DNA of 62,948 bases, counting the filler, from an uncultured bacterium (GTDB lineage Bacteria; CAYJOG01): NCBI GenBank assembly GCA_964371695.1. It is 24 parts of 24 records of this genome, joined end to end, with 100 filler letters (N's around TTAATTAATTAA, not from the genome) between each part and the next. Parts side by side here need not be neighbours in the genome. Positions count along the whole stretch, not along the records: positions 10,781 to 13,355 come from CAYJOG010000490.1; positions 13,456 to 16,022 come from CAYJOG010000492.1; positions 16,123 to 18,680 come from CAYJOG010000493.1; positions 18,781 to 21,336 come from CAYJOG010000494.1; 20 more parts are not named here. One strand, given 5' to 3'. Numbering within the stretch: the first letter of the stretch is position 1; each line of letters opens with the position of its first letter. A model generated the notes under the pieces. It searched no databases. It worked only from the letters and a program-made list of their open reading frames with translations, and was not told the DNA's origin. The translations under genes and the position numbers were made by a program. Of this stretch, positions 10,781 through 21,436 are shown in pieces.

Positions 10781-10996
10781 GGCGTGAACCCCGTCACCGG
10801 CGAGTTCAGCCTGGGGGCCTATGGGCGGCGCATCCGCAAGGGCAAACTGGCGGAGCCGGTGGCCAACGTCACCATCGCCGGGCGGCTGCAGGAAATCCTC
10901 TGCAACATTGACCTCATCGCCGACGACGCCCGCCCCGACACCACCCTGCGCGTGCCCACACTGCGTGTCACGCAGATGATGGTGGCGGGGAAGTAG
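10781..10996 (+). CDS. TldD/PmbA family protein, 3' fragment
   Basis: NPVTGEFSLGAYG..I..G....PV...TIAG..., ending PTLRV..MMVAG. Confidence 0.85.
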   Translation, partial: GVNPVTGEFSLGAYGRRIRKGKLAEPVANVTIAGRLQEILCNIDLIADDARPDTTLRVPTLRVTQMMVAGK

Positions 10997-11101
10997 GTTA
11001 AATTTTTACGCGTTGCGGCGACGCCCCCATCGCCGTTTACGTCATGCGCGGTGCGGACACCGCGCCTACTCCTCTTGAAATGCCTGGTTGAAAAAGCGTG
11101 A

Positions 11102-13222
11102 TCACTGCTTGCCAAGCCGCTCCAGCAAGCGCCGCCCCAGGTTGGTGAGGAAATCCGCTTCGCCATCACCAAACAGGCAGAACATGGTTTCATAGGGGCG
11201 CTTGTGATATTGCGGTTTGGGCACGATGTAGCCGATGGTGTCGCTGGTGAGGCCCAGGAGCGCCACTTCCTTAAATCCCAGGGTCTTGCCAAACGCCTTC
11301 ACCTCCTGGCCCGGCTGAGAAAAAAGCTCGCCCGGAATGGTGAGCAGCCCCAGGTCGTTGATGCGCAGCGCCTGCATGAGGGATTCGTATTGCCGGGTTT
11401 CGCTCAGGAGCATTTTTGACCACGTTGCGCCCAGGCGGATGTCCGGGCTGGTCTGGATGGTTTTGGTGAGCGCCACCACCTGTTTGCCCATGCTGTCGCC
11501 AACGTATTCATCCCCCAGTCCCCGTGGAGACTGATCGCCCTGGGCGGCATTGATGAAAATGCCCTGGGCGCCGGGCCAGGCTTTTTCGACATATCCCCGC
11601 GCCACACCGGGAAAGTCGGGCGAAAACTTGTAGTTCATGTTGATGCTGGTGGGGTGCGTGCCGTAGTTGAACAACACCGCCATGGGTTTGCCCTTGATGT
11701 CATCCACACGAATCACCGTGAGTTGGTGGTCCTCCGGGCCGTCTTTCACCACCCGGTTGTTGGTCATGTCCACCGTGGCCACGCCCCAGCCCAGGCGCGC
11801 CGGTTTTTTGGCCTTGTGGGCCTTGAGGATGGCCTGGGCCACCTTCTCCACCAACGCCGCCTGCACCGCCGGGTTATACCGCCCGGTGATGATGGCGGGC
11901 ATGGGGTGAAACGCCCCGCTGCCGTTGTGGGTGTGGGTGGCGGCGATGGAAATCTGATAACGCCCCAGGCCCGTGGCGGCCTCGACTTTGCGCACCACTT
12001 TTTCGAACATGTCGTGGGTGAACAGCACGATGTCCACCGACACCAGCACGTGTTCACGCCCGCCCGATTCCAGGTCCAGCGCAAAGGCCTTCACCGGCGA
12101 ATCCACACCGGTGGAAGGCCGCCCGCCGCGCCCCGTGTAACCCCCCAGGGGCGTGCCGATGGGCGGTGTCACGTCCACCCAGGCCACACCGGCCTTGAGG
12201 GGCGCGGGTTTGGGCGCGGTGTCAATCTTCACCCGGTGCTGGGCCTGCTGCAAAAACACATAAGGCCCCATCTCGCGGGGCAGCGGATTGGGTTTGGCCA
12301 TGTCGTCCACCGCACCGGTGAAACACCCCACCTCAAACAGCCCCTGGGGATTTTTCCCCAGCAGTTCAAAAGGAATCTGCATGCTCAGGTGCGAACCACT
12401 GGCCATGTGTTTCATCTCCGGGTGATCAATGCGCGACTTGCCCAGGGCCTCGATGCTGTCAATCTTGCTGAAGGAATAGAGACCGTTTTTGAAGGGGATG
12501 ACGGCGTTCAGCAGCGGTGCGTAAATGAACGCGGGCACGTCCAGAATGTCGGCCAGCCCCTGATGAATGGAGCGGTTCACCAGAAAACACGCATAGAGGT
12601 GAAAGTTCGCCGGGGCCACCCGCCCCTTGTTGATCTTGCCTGCCACGCTCAGGTCCACCAGCAGGTGTTTTTCGGTGCGGGCCACTGTGGTGGTGACAAT
12701 GTCCAGGTCATCGGGCACCTCCAGGGGCGCGTCGTCCGCGTCCAGCGCGGTCACCGCTTCGGGAGCGGAAAAATCTGGAAACGCGCCGCTGTAAACCGGG
12801 GCATCCTGCAACACATGCCCAGCGGCGTCTTCCACCCGTAGGGCATATTCAAAATCGGCCCCCTGGGGCGGCAAATGGGCCATGTAAAAGGTGGGGTCGG
12901 TGAGCGTGGCCGTCATGGTCAGTTCACGCCAGGGTTTTTCCCCCACTGGCCGCCAGCGCACCGTCACGTTTTTCACCGGCAGCGCACTGCCGCGCTCTGG
13001 CGGTGTCACTTTGGCGGTGAAGGTGATCCACTCGTCCGGCGCCGGATTGGGCGGAAACACCCGCACCTCTTTCACGCGGGCGATGTCATCAAAAATGAGA
13101 TAACCGTGCGAGGCGGTGTCTCCGGTGACATGCACGGGCCGGTTTTCATCGGCCAATGCCGGCAGAACACCGGCCAGCACACCCGACAGGATGAGAGTCC
13201 ACAAACGTTTGAGAAAAGGCAT
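11102..13222 (-). CDS. secreted protein with C-terminal neutral/alkaline ceramidase-like domain
   Basis: Signal peptide; AGVAWVDVTP, ATHTHNG, NYGTHPT, SPDFPG, AQGDQSP, IPGELF; ~330-aa N-terminal region unrecognised. Confidence 0.75.
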   Translation of the reverse strand: MPFLKRLWTLILSGVLAGVLPALADENRPVHVTGDTASHGYLIFDDIARVKEVRVFPPNPAPDEWITFTAKVTPPERGSALPVKNVTVRWRPVGEKPWRELTMTATLTDPTFYMAHLPPQGADFEYALRVEDAAGHVLQDAPVYSGAFPDFSAPEAVTALDADDAPLEVPDDLDIVTTTVARTEKHLLVDLSVAGKINKGRVAPANFHLYACFLVNRSIHQGLADILDVPAFIYAPLLNAVIPFKNGLYSFSKIDSIEALGKSRIDHPEMKHMASGSHLSMQIPFELLGKNPQGLFEVGCFTGAVDDMAKPNPLPREMGPYVFLQQAQHRVKIDTAPKPAPLKAGVAWVDVTPPIGTPLGGYTGRGGRPSTGVDSPVKAFALDLESGGREHVLVSVDIVLFTHDMFEKVVRKVEAATGLGRYQISIAATHTHNGSGAFHPMPAIITGRYNPAVQAALVEKVAQAILKAHKAKKPARLGWGVATVDMTNNRVVKDGPEDHQLTVIRVDDIKGKPMAVLFNYGTHPTSINMNYKFSPDFPGVARGYVEKAWPGAQGIFINAAQGDQSPRGLGDEYVGDSMGKQVVALTKTIQTSPDIRLGATWSKMLLSETRQYESLMQALRINDLGLLTIPGELFSQPGQEVKAFGKTLGFKEVALLGLTSDTIGYIVPKPQYHKRPYETMFCLFGDGEADFLTNLGRRLLERLGKQ

Positions 13223-13564
13223 GGGGCAAACATATCAAACAAGCGGCGGCGGCCACAAGGCGAAGTTTGATTTCCAGCTTTTTCTCACCACGGGGACTCC
13301 GTCCCCGAACCCCTGCCGGGGGAACAGCGGTTCCCCCGGACCCCCTGTGCATGGCNNNNNNNNNNNNNNNNNNNNNNNNNNNNNNNNNNNNNNNNNNNNT
13401 TAATTAATTAANNNNNNNNNNNNNNNNNNNNNNNNNNNNNNNNNNNNNNNNNNNNCCGCTATCGCCTTTGCTCGGCCAGATGCCCCAATGGGCATCTGGA
13501 ATGACTCCTCGCAAACTCATGGATTTTTCAGGGTGCTTATCAACACCCTGCTAGCCTTATTGAG

Positions 13565-15955
13565 ATGGTTTTGAAACTGCGTCCTGGTTTTTTTGTCTTC
13601 TTCTTTTTACTTCTGTCGGCCCCTTGCGCGCTGGCCATGAACTGCCGCGTGGCGGGGGGCGGCAGCGGCCAGCCGGTGCAGGCAGACCTCACTGCCCTTG
13701 GCACGGTCATCACCACCGGCGTGGACGCCACGGGGGTGTGCGCCAGTGGCGGCTGCAACTATGACGGTCAGGGCGGGGCCACCCCCACCGTGGGAGACAT
13801 GGCGCTGTTGCAGCAGGTTTTTCTCACCGGCAGCGACACCGCTGGCCTGTGTGGCGTTAGCGGCCTTTTCCGGCTTTATGGCGAACTGCTGCTGGACCCC
13901 AACACGCCCCGTGGGGTCATCAGCGCCACCCGTGCGGCACGGGCCGCTTCCTCCGCGCCGTCGTTGCAGGCTCAGGCCGAGGCGCTGGCGGCCCAAGCCC
14001 GCGAACTGGCGCTGTCGCTCAGCACACCTTTTGTTTCACAACCACTGCCCCTGCCAGATTGGCCCGCAACGCTGCCGCTGGATGCTTATTGTGACGCCGC
14101 CGAAGTATGGCCCGGCGAACTCATCCTGCGTCTTAAGCCCGGCACGCTGGCCGCGCCGGTGCTGGAGCTGGCCCAGGGCCTGGGGTTCAGTGTTTTTCCC
14201 AGCCAGTTGCCGGAACGTTTTCTGCTGAAGCTGCCCCAGGCGGGCACGGTGTCACCGCTGGTTTCTTCGGCGCTGGGCGCACAACTCAAACAGACGGCGG
14301 CTGCGGCCTGTCGCGCCCTGCTGGCGCTGCCGGGCGTGGCTTATGCCCACCCCAACGGTGTGCGTTATGCCCGCGCCGCGCCCACTGATTCGCTCTATGC
14401 CGCCCAGCAGTGGAACATGGCCATGATCCGCCTGCCCCAGGCCCGCAGCGTGACTTTGGGCGGCGTGAACGTGGCGGTGGTGGACACGGGTATTTTCAGC
14501 GCCCAGAGTGAGTTCAGCGGCAGGCTGCTGGCGGGTTATGACTTTGTCACCGACCCCACCATCGCCGAAGACGGCAGCGGGCGCGACAGCAACCCCGAAG
14601 ACACCAGCGCCGGCCTGCGCACCAGCGATTTTTCCCACGGCACACACGTCACGGGCATATTGGGGGCGGCCACCGACAACGGCGCGGGTGTGGCGGGCAT
14701 CTGCCCCCGCTGCGACATTTTGCCCCTGCGGGTGCTGGGGGGCGCGTCGCTCACGCTGGGGTCGGTGGATGACGAGGTGGCGGCCATCCGCTGGGGCGCG
14801 GGGCTTTCCGTAAGCGGCATGACCGTGAACCCCAATCCGGCCAGGGTGCTGAATCTTTCCCTCGGCGGTGAAGACAGTTGTTATCCCGATGAACAGGCAG
14901 CCATCAACGAACTCACCGCCGCAGGCGCGGTGTTGCTGGCCGCCGCGGGCAACAGCGCCACCAGCGCCGAACTGGACGCCCCCGCCAAGTGCCAGAACGT
15001 GTTGGCGGTGGGCGCGGTGAACAACCAGAAACAGCGGGCGGCCTACAGCAACCGTCACCTGCTGGGGGGCTGGGGTTTTGTGGCCCCCGGCGGCAGCAGC
15101 AACGACATCATCAGCACCACCGATCAAACCCCCTTCACCGGCGGCATGAACGGCACCAGTCAGGCCACACCCCACGTGAGCGGTGTGGTGGCCCTCATGA
15201 AAACCGTCAACCCCAACCTCACCACGTCACAGGTTTTTGACCTGCTGCGGCAAACCAGCGAAGACCTGGGTGCTGCGGGTGCGGACAACGACTATGGATA
15301 CGGCCTGGTGGACGCCTATAAGGCCGTGATGGCGGCAAAGGGCCTCAGCCCCGCCAGCCCTGCGCCGGTGGCGGATAAATCCGCCCTGGATTTCGGCGCG
15401 GACACCACCAGTCTGGTGAGTCTGGTGCAGCACATTCATCAGGATGATTTCACTTTTTCCACCCCCACCGCCACCACACAAAGCGGCGGCAACTGGCTGT
15501 CGGCTGCCGCCGTGAAAAGCAACGTGCTGGTGGACGGCCAGTCGGTGCCCACCCTGCAACTCACCGCCACCGTCAACCGGCAGGCCATGACCACCGGCAG
15601 CCACACGGCCACGGTGTCGCTGGTCACCTCGGTGGGCACGGTGACCTGGGCGGTGAGCGCCAGCAAATCGGGCGCGTGGCGCGTGCGGGCGCTGGACACC
15701 GGCGGCGGCACACTGGCCACGGCAGCGGTGAGCCAGCCCGGTTATGGTTTTGCGGTGGGGGGCCTGCCCGTGGGCGCAGCCATCAAACTGATTGCCGAAG
15801 AAGACGCCGACAGCGACGGCGCGTATTGCGAAACCGGCGAGTATTGCGGTTATTACGGAAGCGGGGGATTTGTGGGGAGTTTCTCCTCGGCCACCGCCCT
15901 CACCGGCAGCGCCGACACCAGCCAGGGCGGCCTGATGATCACGGTGAGGCGGTAG
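13565..15955 (+). CDS. secreted S8 subtilase with N-terminal dockerin-like module
   Basis: Triad VAVVDTG / HGTHVTG / GTSQATPHVSG, oxyanion AAAGN, signal peptide, Thr/Ser-rich beta C-terminus. Confidence 0.93.
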   Translation: MVLKLRPGFFVFFFLLLSAPCALAMNCRVAGGGSGQPVQADLTALGTVITTGVDATGVCASGGCNYDGQGGATPTVGDMALLQQVFLTGSDTAGLCGVSGLFRLYGELLLDPNTPRGVISATRAARAASSAPSLQAQAEALAAQARELALSLSTPFVSQPLPLPDWPATLPLDAYCDAAEVWPGELILRLKPGTLAAPVLELAQGLGFSVFPSQLPERFLLKLPQAGTVSPLVSSALGAQLKQTAAAACRALLALPGVAYAHPNGVRYARAAPTDSLYAAQQWNMAMIRLPQARSVTLGGVNVAVVDTGIFSAQSEFSGRLLAGYDFVTDPTIAEDGSGRDSNPEDTSAGLRTSDFSHGTHVTGILGAATDNGAGVAGICPRCDILPLRVLGGASLTLGSVDDEVAAIRWGAGLSVSGMTVNPNPARVLNLSLGGEDSCYPDEQAAINELTAAGAVLLAAAGNSATSAELDAPAKCQNVLAVGAVNNQKQRAAYSNRHLLGGWGFVAPGGSSNDIISTTDQTPFTGGMNGTSQATPHVSGVVALMKTVNPNLTTSQVFDLLRQTSEDLGAAGADNDYGYGLVDAYKAVMAAKGLSPASPAPVADKSALDFGADTTSLVSLVQHIHQDDFTFSTPTATTQSGGNWLSAAAVKSNVLVDGQSVPTLQLTATVNRQAMTTGSHTATVSLVTSVGTVTWAVSASKSGAWRVRALDTGGGTLATAAVSQPGYGFAVGGLPVGAAIKLIAEEDADSDGAYCETGEYCGYYGSGGFVGSFSSATALTGSADTSQGGLMITVRR

Positions 15956-15970
15956 GGGTTTATCCGGCTT

Positions 15971-16022
15971 ATACCAATGAACATTCAAAACAGCAGGAAT
16001 GTTCATTGGTTTTAATGGCCTT
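15971..16022 (+). mobile_element. ATACCAATGAACATTC element end, copy 2
   Basis: Identical to 2561-2612. Confidence 0.65.
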
Positions 16023-16122
16023 NNNNNNNNNNNNNNNNNNNNNNNNNNNNNNNNNNNNNNNNNNNNTTAATTAATTAANNNNNNNNNNNNNNNNNNNNNN
16101 NNNNNNNNNNNNNNNNNNNNNN

Positions 16123-16946
16123 GAGGTGCCCGGCACGCCGGTGGCGAGCACCTGCAACACATAACCAGGGTTCCACTCGCTGCCTGCCAGATTTTGCGCC
16201 CTGGGGGTGAGAAAAGGTTTGGCCGTGCTCTGGCCATCAGCCGTGTCGCCGTGGCAGCCTGAGCAGTTTTCGCCAAACAGTTCCTGACCGCGCTTGAGGA
16301 GGATGTCGCGCATTTCGGCGTCTTGCGGGATGCCCACCGAGGCCAGGTTTTCACCGGCGTAATGGTCATCGGCGGCCTGTTTCATCTTGTCGCGTTTCAG
16401 GCGGCCCAGGCTTTGCAGGTAGTTGACCAGATCAACGGCCTTCTGCTTGGGTTTGAACGATTTGCCGTCCACTTCAAACAGCCACGAATAACCCGGCATG
16501 TTGCTGTCGGGCACGGTGATGCGGGGGTTGTAGAGGTGGGCAAAGTGCCAGTCGTCGGGGCGTTTGAAACCTTCCCGCGCCAAGTCTGGCCCCACACGGC
16601 GGGTGCCAAACAGATGGGGGATTTCATAACGGCTTTCGATATCCTGGCTGGGGGGGCCATAACGCATGGCCTCGTTGGCGGTGGGGCGCACAAACTGGCT
16701 GTGGCAGTGCAGGCAGCCCTGGCTCATGAACTGATGCCGCCCCCGCTGTTCGCTGGCCAGCAGCTTTTTGCCTTCTTCATCTTTGGGGAACTGCGCGTCG
16801 CGCAGAATCGCGTCCACGGGTTTGTCCTTGATGGCCAGCCAGCCGCTGAGGCCCATGCCAAACAGGGAGATGAGAAAAAACACCACGCCTGAAATCAGGA
16901 ACACCGCGCCGAATTTTTCCAGGGGATTGTTGCTGTTCGCGCTCAT
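16123..16946 (-). CDS. ccoO: cbb3-type oxidase subunit II fused to a further cytochrome c domain, partial
   Basis: GCLHCHSQFVRP, GTRRVGPDLAR, HLYNPR..VP.SNMP, then a second CXXCH (CSGCH); 4-nt overlap with ccoN. Confidence 0.9.
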
Positions 16947-18370
16947 GCCACCACCTCCGCCGGGTTGATCAACGCGCCGGTGGCGGGTGTGCGGGCCGGT
17001 TTAAGCGCCGTGAGCGCCATGTTGGCCGCCAGACACACAAAGCCCGCATAAATCACCGAGCCGCCGATGGTGCGGAAAACCCAGATAGACCGGCTGGCCC
17101 GCACCGATTCGATGAAAGGCGCGCCGGATTCCCAGAAATATCCCTGAATCAGACCCGAACAGGTGACCGGGATGAAGTAACCGAAATAAAACCCCAGAAA
17201 CAGCAGCCAGAAGCTCCACTCCGCCAGTTTTTTGCTGTAAATGGGTTTGCCCGTGACCTTGGGCCAGATGTAGTAATAGGCTCCGATGATCCACATGCTG
17301 AACACGGCGATCATGGGGATGTGGGCGTGGGCCACGATCCAGTCGGTGAAGTGGATGATGGGCTGCATGAACAGGTTGTTGTGCAGCGGCCCCTGGGTGC
17401 AGGTGAGCATGTAACCGAACATGCCCGCCACCAAAAACCGCAGGCTGATGTTGTCTTGCAGATACTTCCAGCCGTTCTTCATGGTGCCCACCCAGTTCCA
17501 GATCACCGTGATCACCACAATGAGCAATGTGCCCGTGAGGGGCACCGCGAGCATCTGGATGAACCGGGGCACGGGGCTGAAGTAGTAGTGGTGGCTGCCG
17601 CCCAGGGGATAGAAAAACGCCAGTGTCCAGAAACCCAGCAGCGACAGGGAGTGGCTGAAGATGGGTTTTTTGAGGTTGGCCGGCAGGAAGTAATACATGA
17701 TGCCCACGCCGATGGGGGTCACCCACAGGCCCACGGCGTTGTGAATCCACAGGCCCGTCAGCTCTGCCCCCGCCGCGCCGGGAATCACGAAGGCGGGCAG
17801 TGTGCCACCCATCACGAAGTTGAGCGCCGTAAAGATGAAGCCCAGGATGAAATACCACGAGGCCACGTAGAGATTCTTTTGCGGGCTGAGGATGAAGGTG
17901 CCCAGAATGTTCACCGTGACCAGCACAAAGGCCAGGGCAAAGGGAATGTCAATCCACCACTCGAACTCGTGGTATTCAATGCCCTGAATGTGGCCCATGA
18001 GAATGCTCGCGAGGCCGCCGATGAGCGTGACGCCATAAAGCGCCAGCGACACCCAGGCCAACGGCTCGCTCATCAGCGGCCGCCGCGCCAGCTTGGGCAC
18101 GCAGTAATAAAGGATGGACAGGAAGCTCACGCTGATCCAGCCAAAAATGGCCCCCAGGGTGTGAAAGATGCGGATGCGTCCGAAAGTGAGGTATTCACTC
18201 TTGCCCAGAAACTCGGGGTTGTGCATCTTGATGGAAAGAATGAGCGCGATGAACAGCGGCACCAGCAGGCCCAACAGGGCGATGTAAGCGTGCGCTCTTA
18301 CGAGCGCGCCGTTCACAATCTGGTGGCTGCCCCGCGCTGGAGGGGAGGTCGGTGTGGTCAATGGAGTCAC
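16943..18370 (-). CDS. ccoN: cbb3-type (C-family) heme-copper oxidase subunit I
   Basis: TFGRIRIFHT, WIHNAVG, FYPLGGSHH (helix-7 Tyr), HFTDWIVAHAH; highly hydrophobic. Confidence 0.92.
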   Translation of the reverse strand: MTPLTTPTSPPARGSHQIVNGALVRAHAYIALLGLLVPLFIALILSIKMHNPEFLGKSEYLTFGRIRIFHTLGAIFGWISVSFLSILYYCVPKLARRPLMSEPLAWVSLALYGVTLIGGLASILMGHIQGIEYHEFEWWIDIPFALAFVLVTVNILGTFILSPQKNLYVASWYFILGFIFTALNFVMGGTLPAFVIPGAAGAELTGLWIHNAVGLWVTPIGVGIMYYFLPANLKKPIFSHSLSLLGFWTLAFFYPLGGSHHYYFSPVPRFIQMLAVPLTGTLLIVVITVIWNWVGTMKNGWKYLQDNISLRFLVAGMFGYMLTCTQGPLHNNLFMQPIIHFTDWIVAHAHIPMIAVFSMWIIGAYYYIWPKVTGKPIYSKKLAEWSFWLLFLGFYFGYFIPVTCSGLIQGYFWESGAPFIESVRASRSIWVFRTIGGSVIYAGFVCLAANMALTALKPARTPATGALINPAEVVA

Positions 18371-18627
18371 CTCGTTGAAGCCCCGTGGGCCGATTCAGAT
18401 TCAAGGATAAGGTTATCTTGTTACAAAACGAAAATCAAGAAGTACCAACTCGAACTGATTTTGACAGCTTTGTTGCAGGTGTTTGGTTCTGCTCCATGGG
18501 TTGCCCGATTCAAAATGACGGGGACAGGCGGCGGGCGCAACAGCGCCGGGGTAAACATAAACAAAAACCCACATCCCCCGGCGTCATTCCCGCAAGGGGG
18601 GGGAAGTTGGTGGTGGGTGGTTTGTAA

Positions 18628-18680
18628 GAGCCTGTTTTAAAATTAGGGCATGTGGAACATGGTCTGATTTTAAGCAGGCT
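18628..18680. mobile_element. minimal MITE-like element with IS5-like ends
   Basis: GAGCCTGTTTTAAAAT...ATTTTAAGCAGGCT inverted ends; related GAGCCTGTTTTGAACAGGCT at 22163. Confidence 0.45.
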
Positions 18681-18780
18681 NNNNNNNNNNNNNNNNNNNN
18701 NNNNNNNNNNNNNNNNNNNNNNNNTTAATTAATTAANNNNNNNNNNNNNNNNNNNNNNNNNNNNNNNNNNNNNNNNNNNN

Positions 18781-20393
18781 AGGAAATCCTTGAGATAACC
18801 ACAGCCGGGGCGGGGTTTCAGTTCCTCGGCGCGGGGCGTGACGCCGATGAAAAAGCCGTTGGGTTTGTCTTCGGAGTAGGGTTTCCACTCGGGCAGATCC
18901 TTGGCTTTGGGTTGTCCGTCGTGGGCAAAGGAGGTCCACAGGGCGATGGCCTTGTCGGAAATGGCCCGGTTGCGGGGGTTGTCAAACTTGAAGCCCAGAA
19001 AGTCGAACACGCCGAATACAAAAGGCAGTTCGCTGCCGTGAAACGCTCCCAACAGGCCAAAGGTGCCTTTGTCCGCCGGGCCGTCGGGATATTCATAAAC
19101 GAACACCTGCTTGTTTTTGCGGGCCAGTTGGCCGGCGTTCATGCGGGCGGGGCAGCGGAACGCGAGGTCCGTGCTGGCCTGCACCGCTGCGTCGCGCACG
19201 GTGGGGAAATTCTTGAAGTCGTACAGGCCAATGAACTTCTCCATGTCAAAGTCCAGATTCAGCAGGGTTTTGAGGGTTTCCTTGTTGTCGTTCACCATGG
19301 CCAGGGCCTGCTCTTTGGTGTCCAGGGCCTTGCCCATGAGGAACAGGGCCATTTCGTCTTTGGTGTTGCCAATCAACGTGGGCACATCGGCGAACTTGCC
19401 CTGCTCGAACAGTTTGTGGGAGTGGGCGGGCAGGATTTTGCCGTCCACCACCGGGCCGTAGCGAAAGCTGGGGCCCGTGGGTTTGGTGGGCGAGGCCAGT
19501 TTGAAAGACGACGGGGCCTTCATGAACAGGTCGCGGGCGCTGAGTTTGCGCAGGCAGGCGGGGGCCTCGGCGGGGTTGGTGCAGCCCACGGTCTGGGCCA
19601 GCAGTTCGCCTTCTTTCAGGCCCTCCGACAGATCGGTCTGCATCATGGCCAGGGGGCCGCTCTGGTTGATGGCTTTGTGAAACAGGCCCTTGGCCAGCGG
19701 GCTGAGCATGAGGGCAGCCACGCTGATGCCCCCGGCGGACTCCCCAAAAATTGTCACGTTGTTTTTGTCGCCGCCAAACTCGCCGATGTTTTTCTGCACC
19801 CATTGCAGGGCAAAAAGCATGTCGTAAAACGCCAGGTTGGGGGCGCTGTCGGCCTCTTTGACAATGGCGGGGTGATTGAGAAACCCAAAGGGCCCCAGGC
19901 GGTAGTTGATGGTGACCACCACCACGTCGCCCTGGTTCACCAGCCGCGTGCCGTCATAAAAATCGCTGCCGCCTTCGCCGGTGACAAATCCGCCGCCGTG
20001 AATCCAGAACATCACGGGCCGTTTTTTGCCGTCATTTTTGGCGGGGTGCCACACGTTCAGGTGCAGGCAGTCTTCGTCTCCCACCGGCACGGGGCGCATG
20101 GGAAAACTGATGGGGAACCGCCAGCAGCCTTTGTCGAACTTGAGCGCAGGCAGCGGTTCCTTCCAGGGGGTGGGTTCCTGGGGCAGCTTCAGCCGCAGCG
20201 GCCCCACGGGGGGGGCGGCGAAGGGCACACCCTTGTAGCCGCACACCTGGGTGGCGGTGTCCAGCTTGCCGCTGAGGGGGCCGCTGTGGGTGGGCACGGC
20301 CTGGCAGTCTGTGACCGAAGCGCGGGCGGGTGCGCCAAGCAGCAAGGCTGCGCCCAGCCCCAGCAACGAAAGAGAAAAGGTGTGTTTGAGCAT
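18781..20393 (-). CDS. secreted type-B carboxylesterase, nearly complete
   Basis: Signal peptide, EDCLHLNVW, WIHGGGF, FGESAGG, FHGSEL. Confidence 0.95.
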
Positions 20394-20503
20394 CGTCTGC
20401 CTCCAGCAACTGCAAAAAGTTCGGGTAATGACTGGAACATCATTCCAGCGTGGGGGCCGGTGTCAATGGCGAAAATCGGATTCCTTCATCGTACAATTCA
20501 GCG

Positions 20504-21336
20504 ATGTCGCCAGAAGAATATTCCCAAGTCGTCAACGCAGCGGCTTTTTCAAAAGACTACTGGTTGTCGCTGTGCCCCTGGATGCACATCGAAGACCTCG
20601 ATCTGATCCACGGCACGGAGCACATGGATTTTGACGCCAAAGACCTGCGCCGCTGGCGGCTTTTGCTGCTCAAGGAAGGGTATTTCCAGTTGCCCCCCAT
20701 GGCAGAGTTGCTGGGCACAGACAACCTGCGTCGCGCCGTGGTGAAACTGGTGGAAGAAGGCTGGATGTCGCCGTTTGGGTTTATGTATGACGAGTTCTGG
20801 TTGTTGTTCCTGCGGCTGGGAAAACTCATCGCCACCGTGATGCACGAGGATTTTTACCGCCTGCCGGATTTCTGGATCTGGCACATTGACCCCAAAAAGG
20901 AAGAAAGCGGTTTTGTGCCCCACCGGGACAAAGGGCGCATTGCCCTGTTTGAAGATGGCCGCCCGAAGTCCGTCACCATCTGGATATCCCTCAGCCGCGC
21001 CACGCCGCTGAACGGCTGCATGTATCTGGTGCCGGCCCACCGCGACCCCACCTACAACACTGAAAACGAACGGAAAATTGGGTTTGCCTATCAAGACATC
21101 CGCGCCCTGCCCGCCGAGCCGGGCACGGTGTTCATGTGGAACCAGTCGGTGATGCACTGGGGCTCTCACGCCAGCCACAACGCCACCGAGCCACGGGTGA
21201 GCGTGGCGGTGGAGTTTCAGCGGGCCGATGTGCCCCCGTTCAACCAGCCCCTCAGCCGGGTGGAGGACATTCCCCTGCTCAAAAGTCGTGTGAGGCTCAT
21301 CTGCAAACAGACGCTGCAATACACCCACCTCTATAC
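20504..21336 (+). CDS. phytanoyl-CoA dioxygenase (PhyH)-like 2OG-Fe(II) oxygenase, partial
   Basis: PHRD (HxD), TIWISL...NGCMYLVP, MHWGS, R-V-S motif. Confidence 0.8.
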
Positions 21337-21436
21337 NNNNNNNNNNNNNNNNNNNNNNNNNNNNNNNNNNNNNNNNNNNNTTAATTAATTAANNNNNNNN
21401 NNNNNNNNNNNNNNNNNNNNNNNNNNNNNNNNNNNN

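Noticed and set aside
13290-13350. GGGG/CCCC hairpin cluster as a riboswitch or ncRNA (similar at 29417-29443)
   Set aside because: No recognisable aptamer core; looks like another generic palindromic repeat truncated by a contig end.
18410-18470. FNR/Rex box upstream of ccoN
   Set aside because: Only half-sites; no palindrome with correct spacing.
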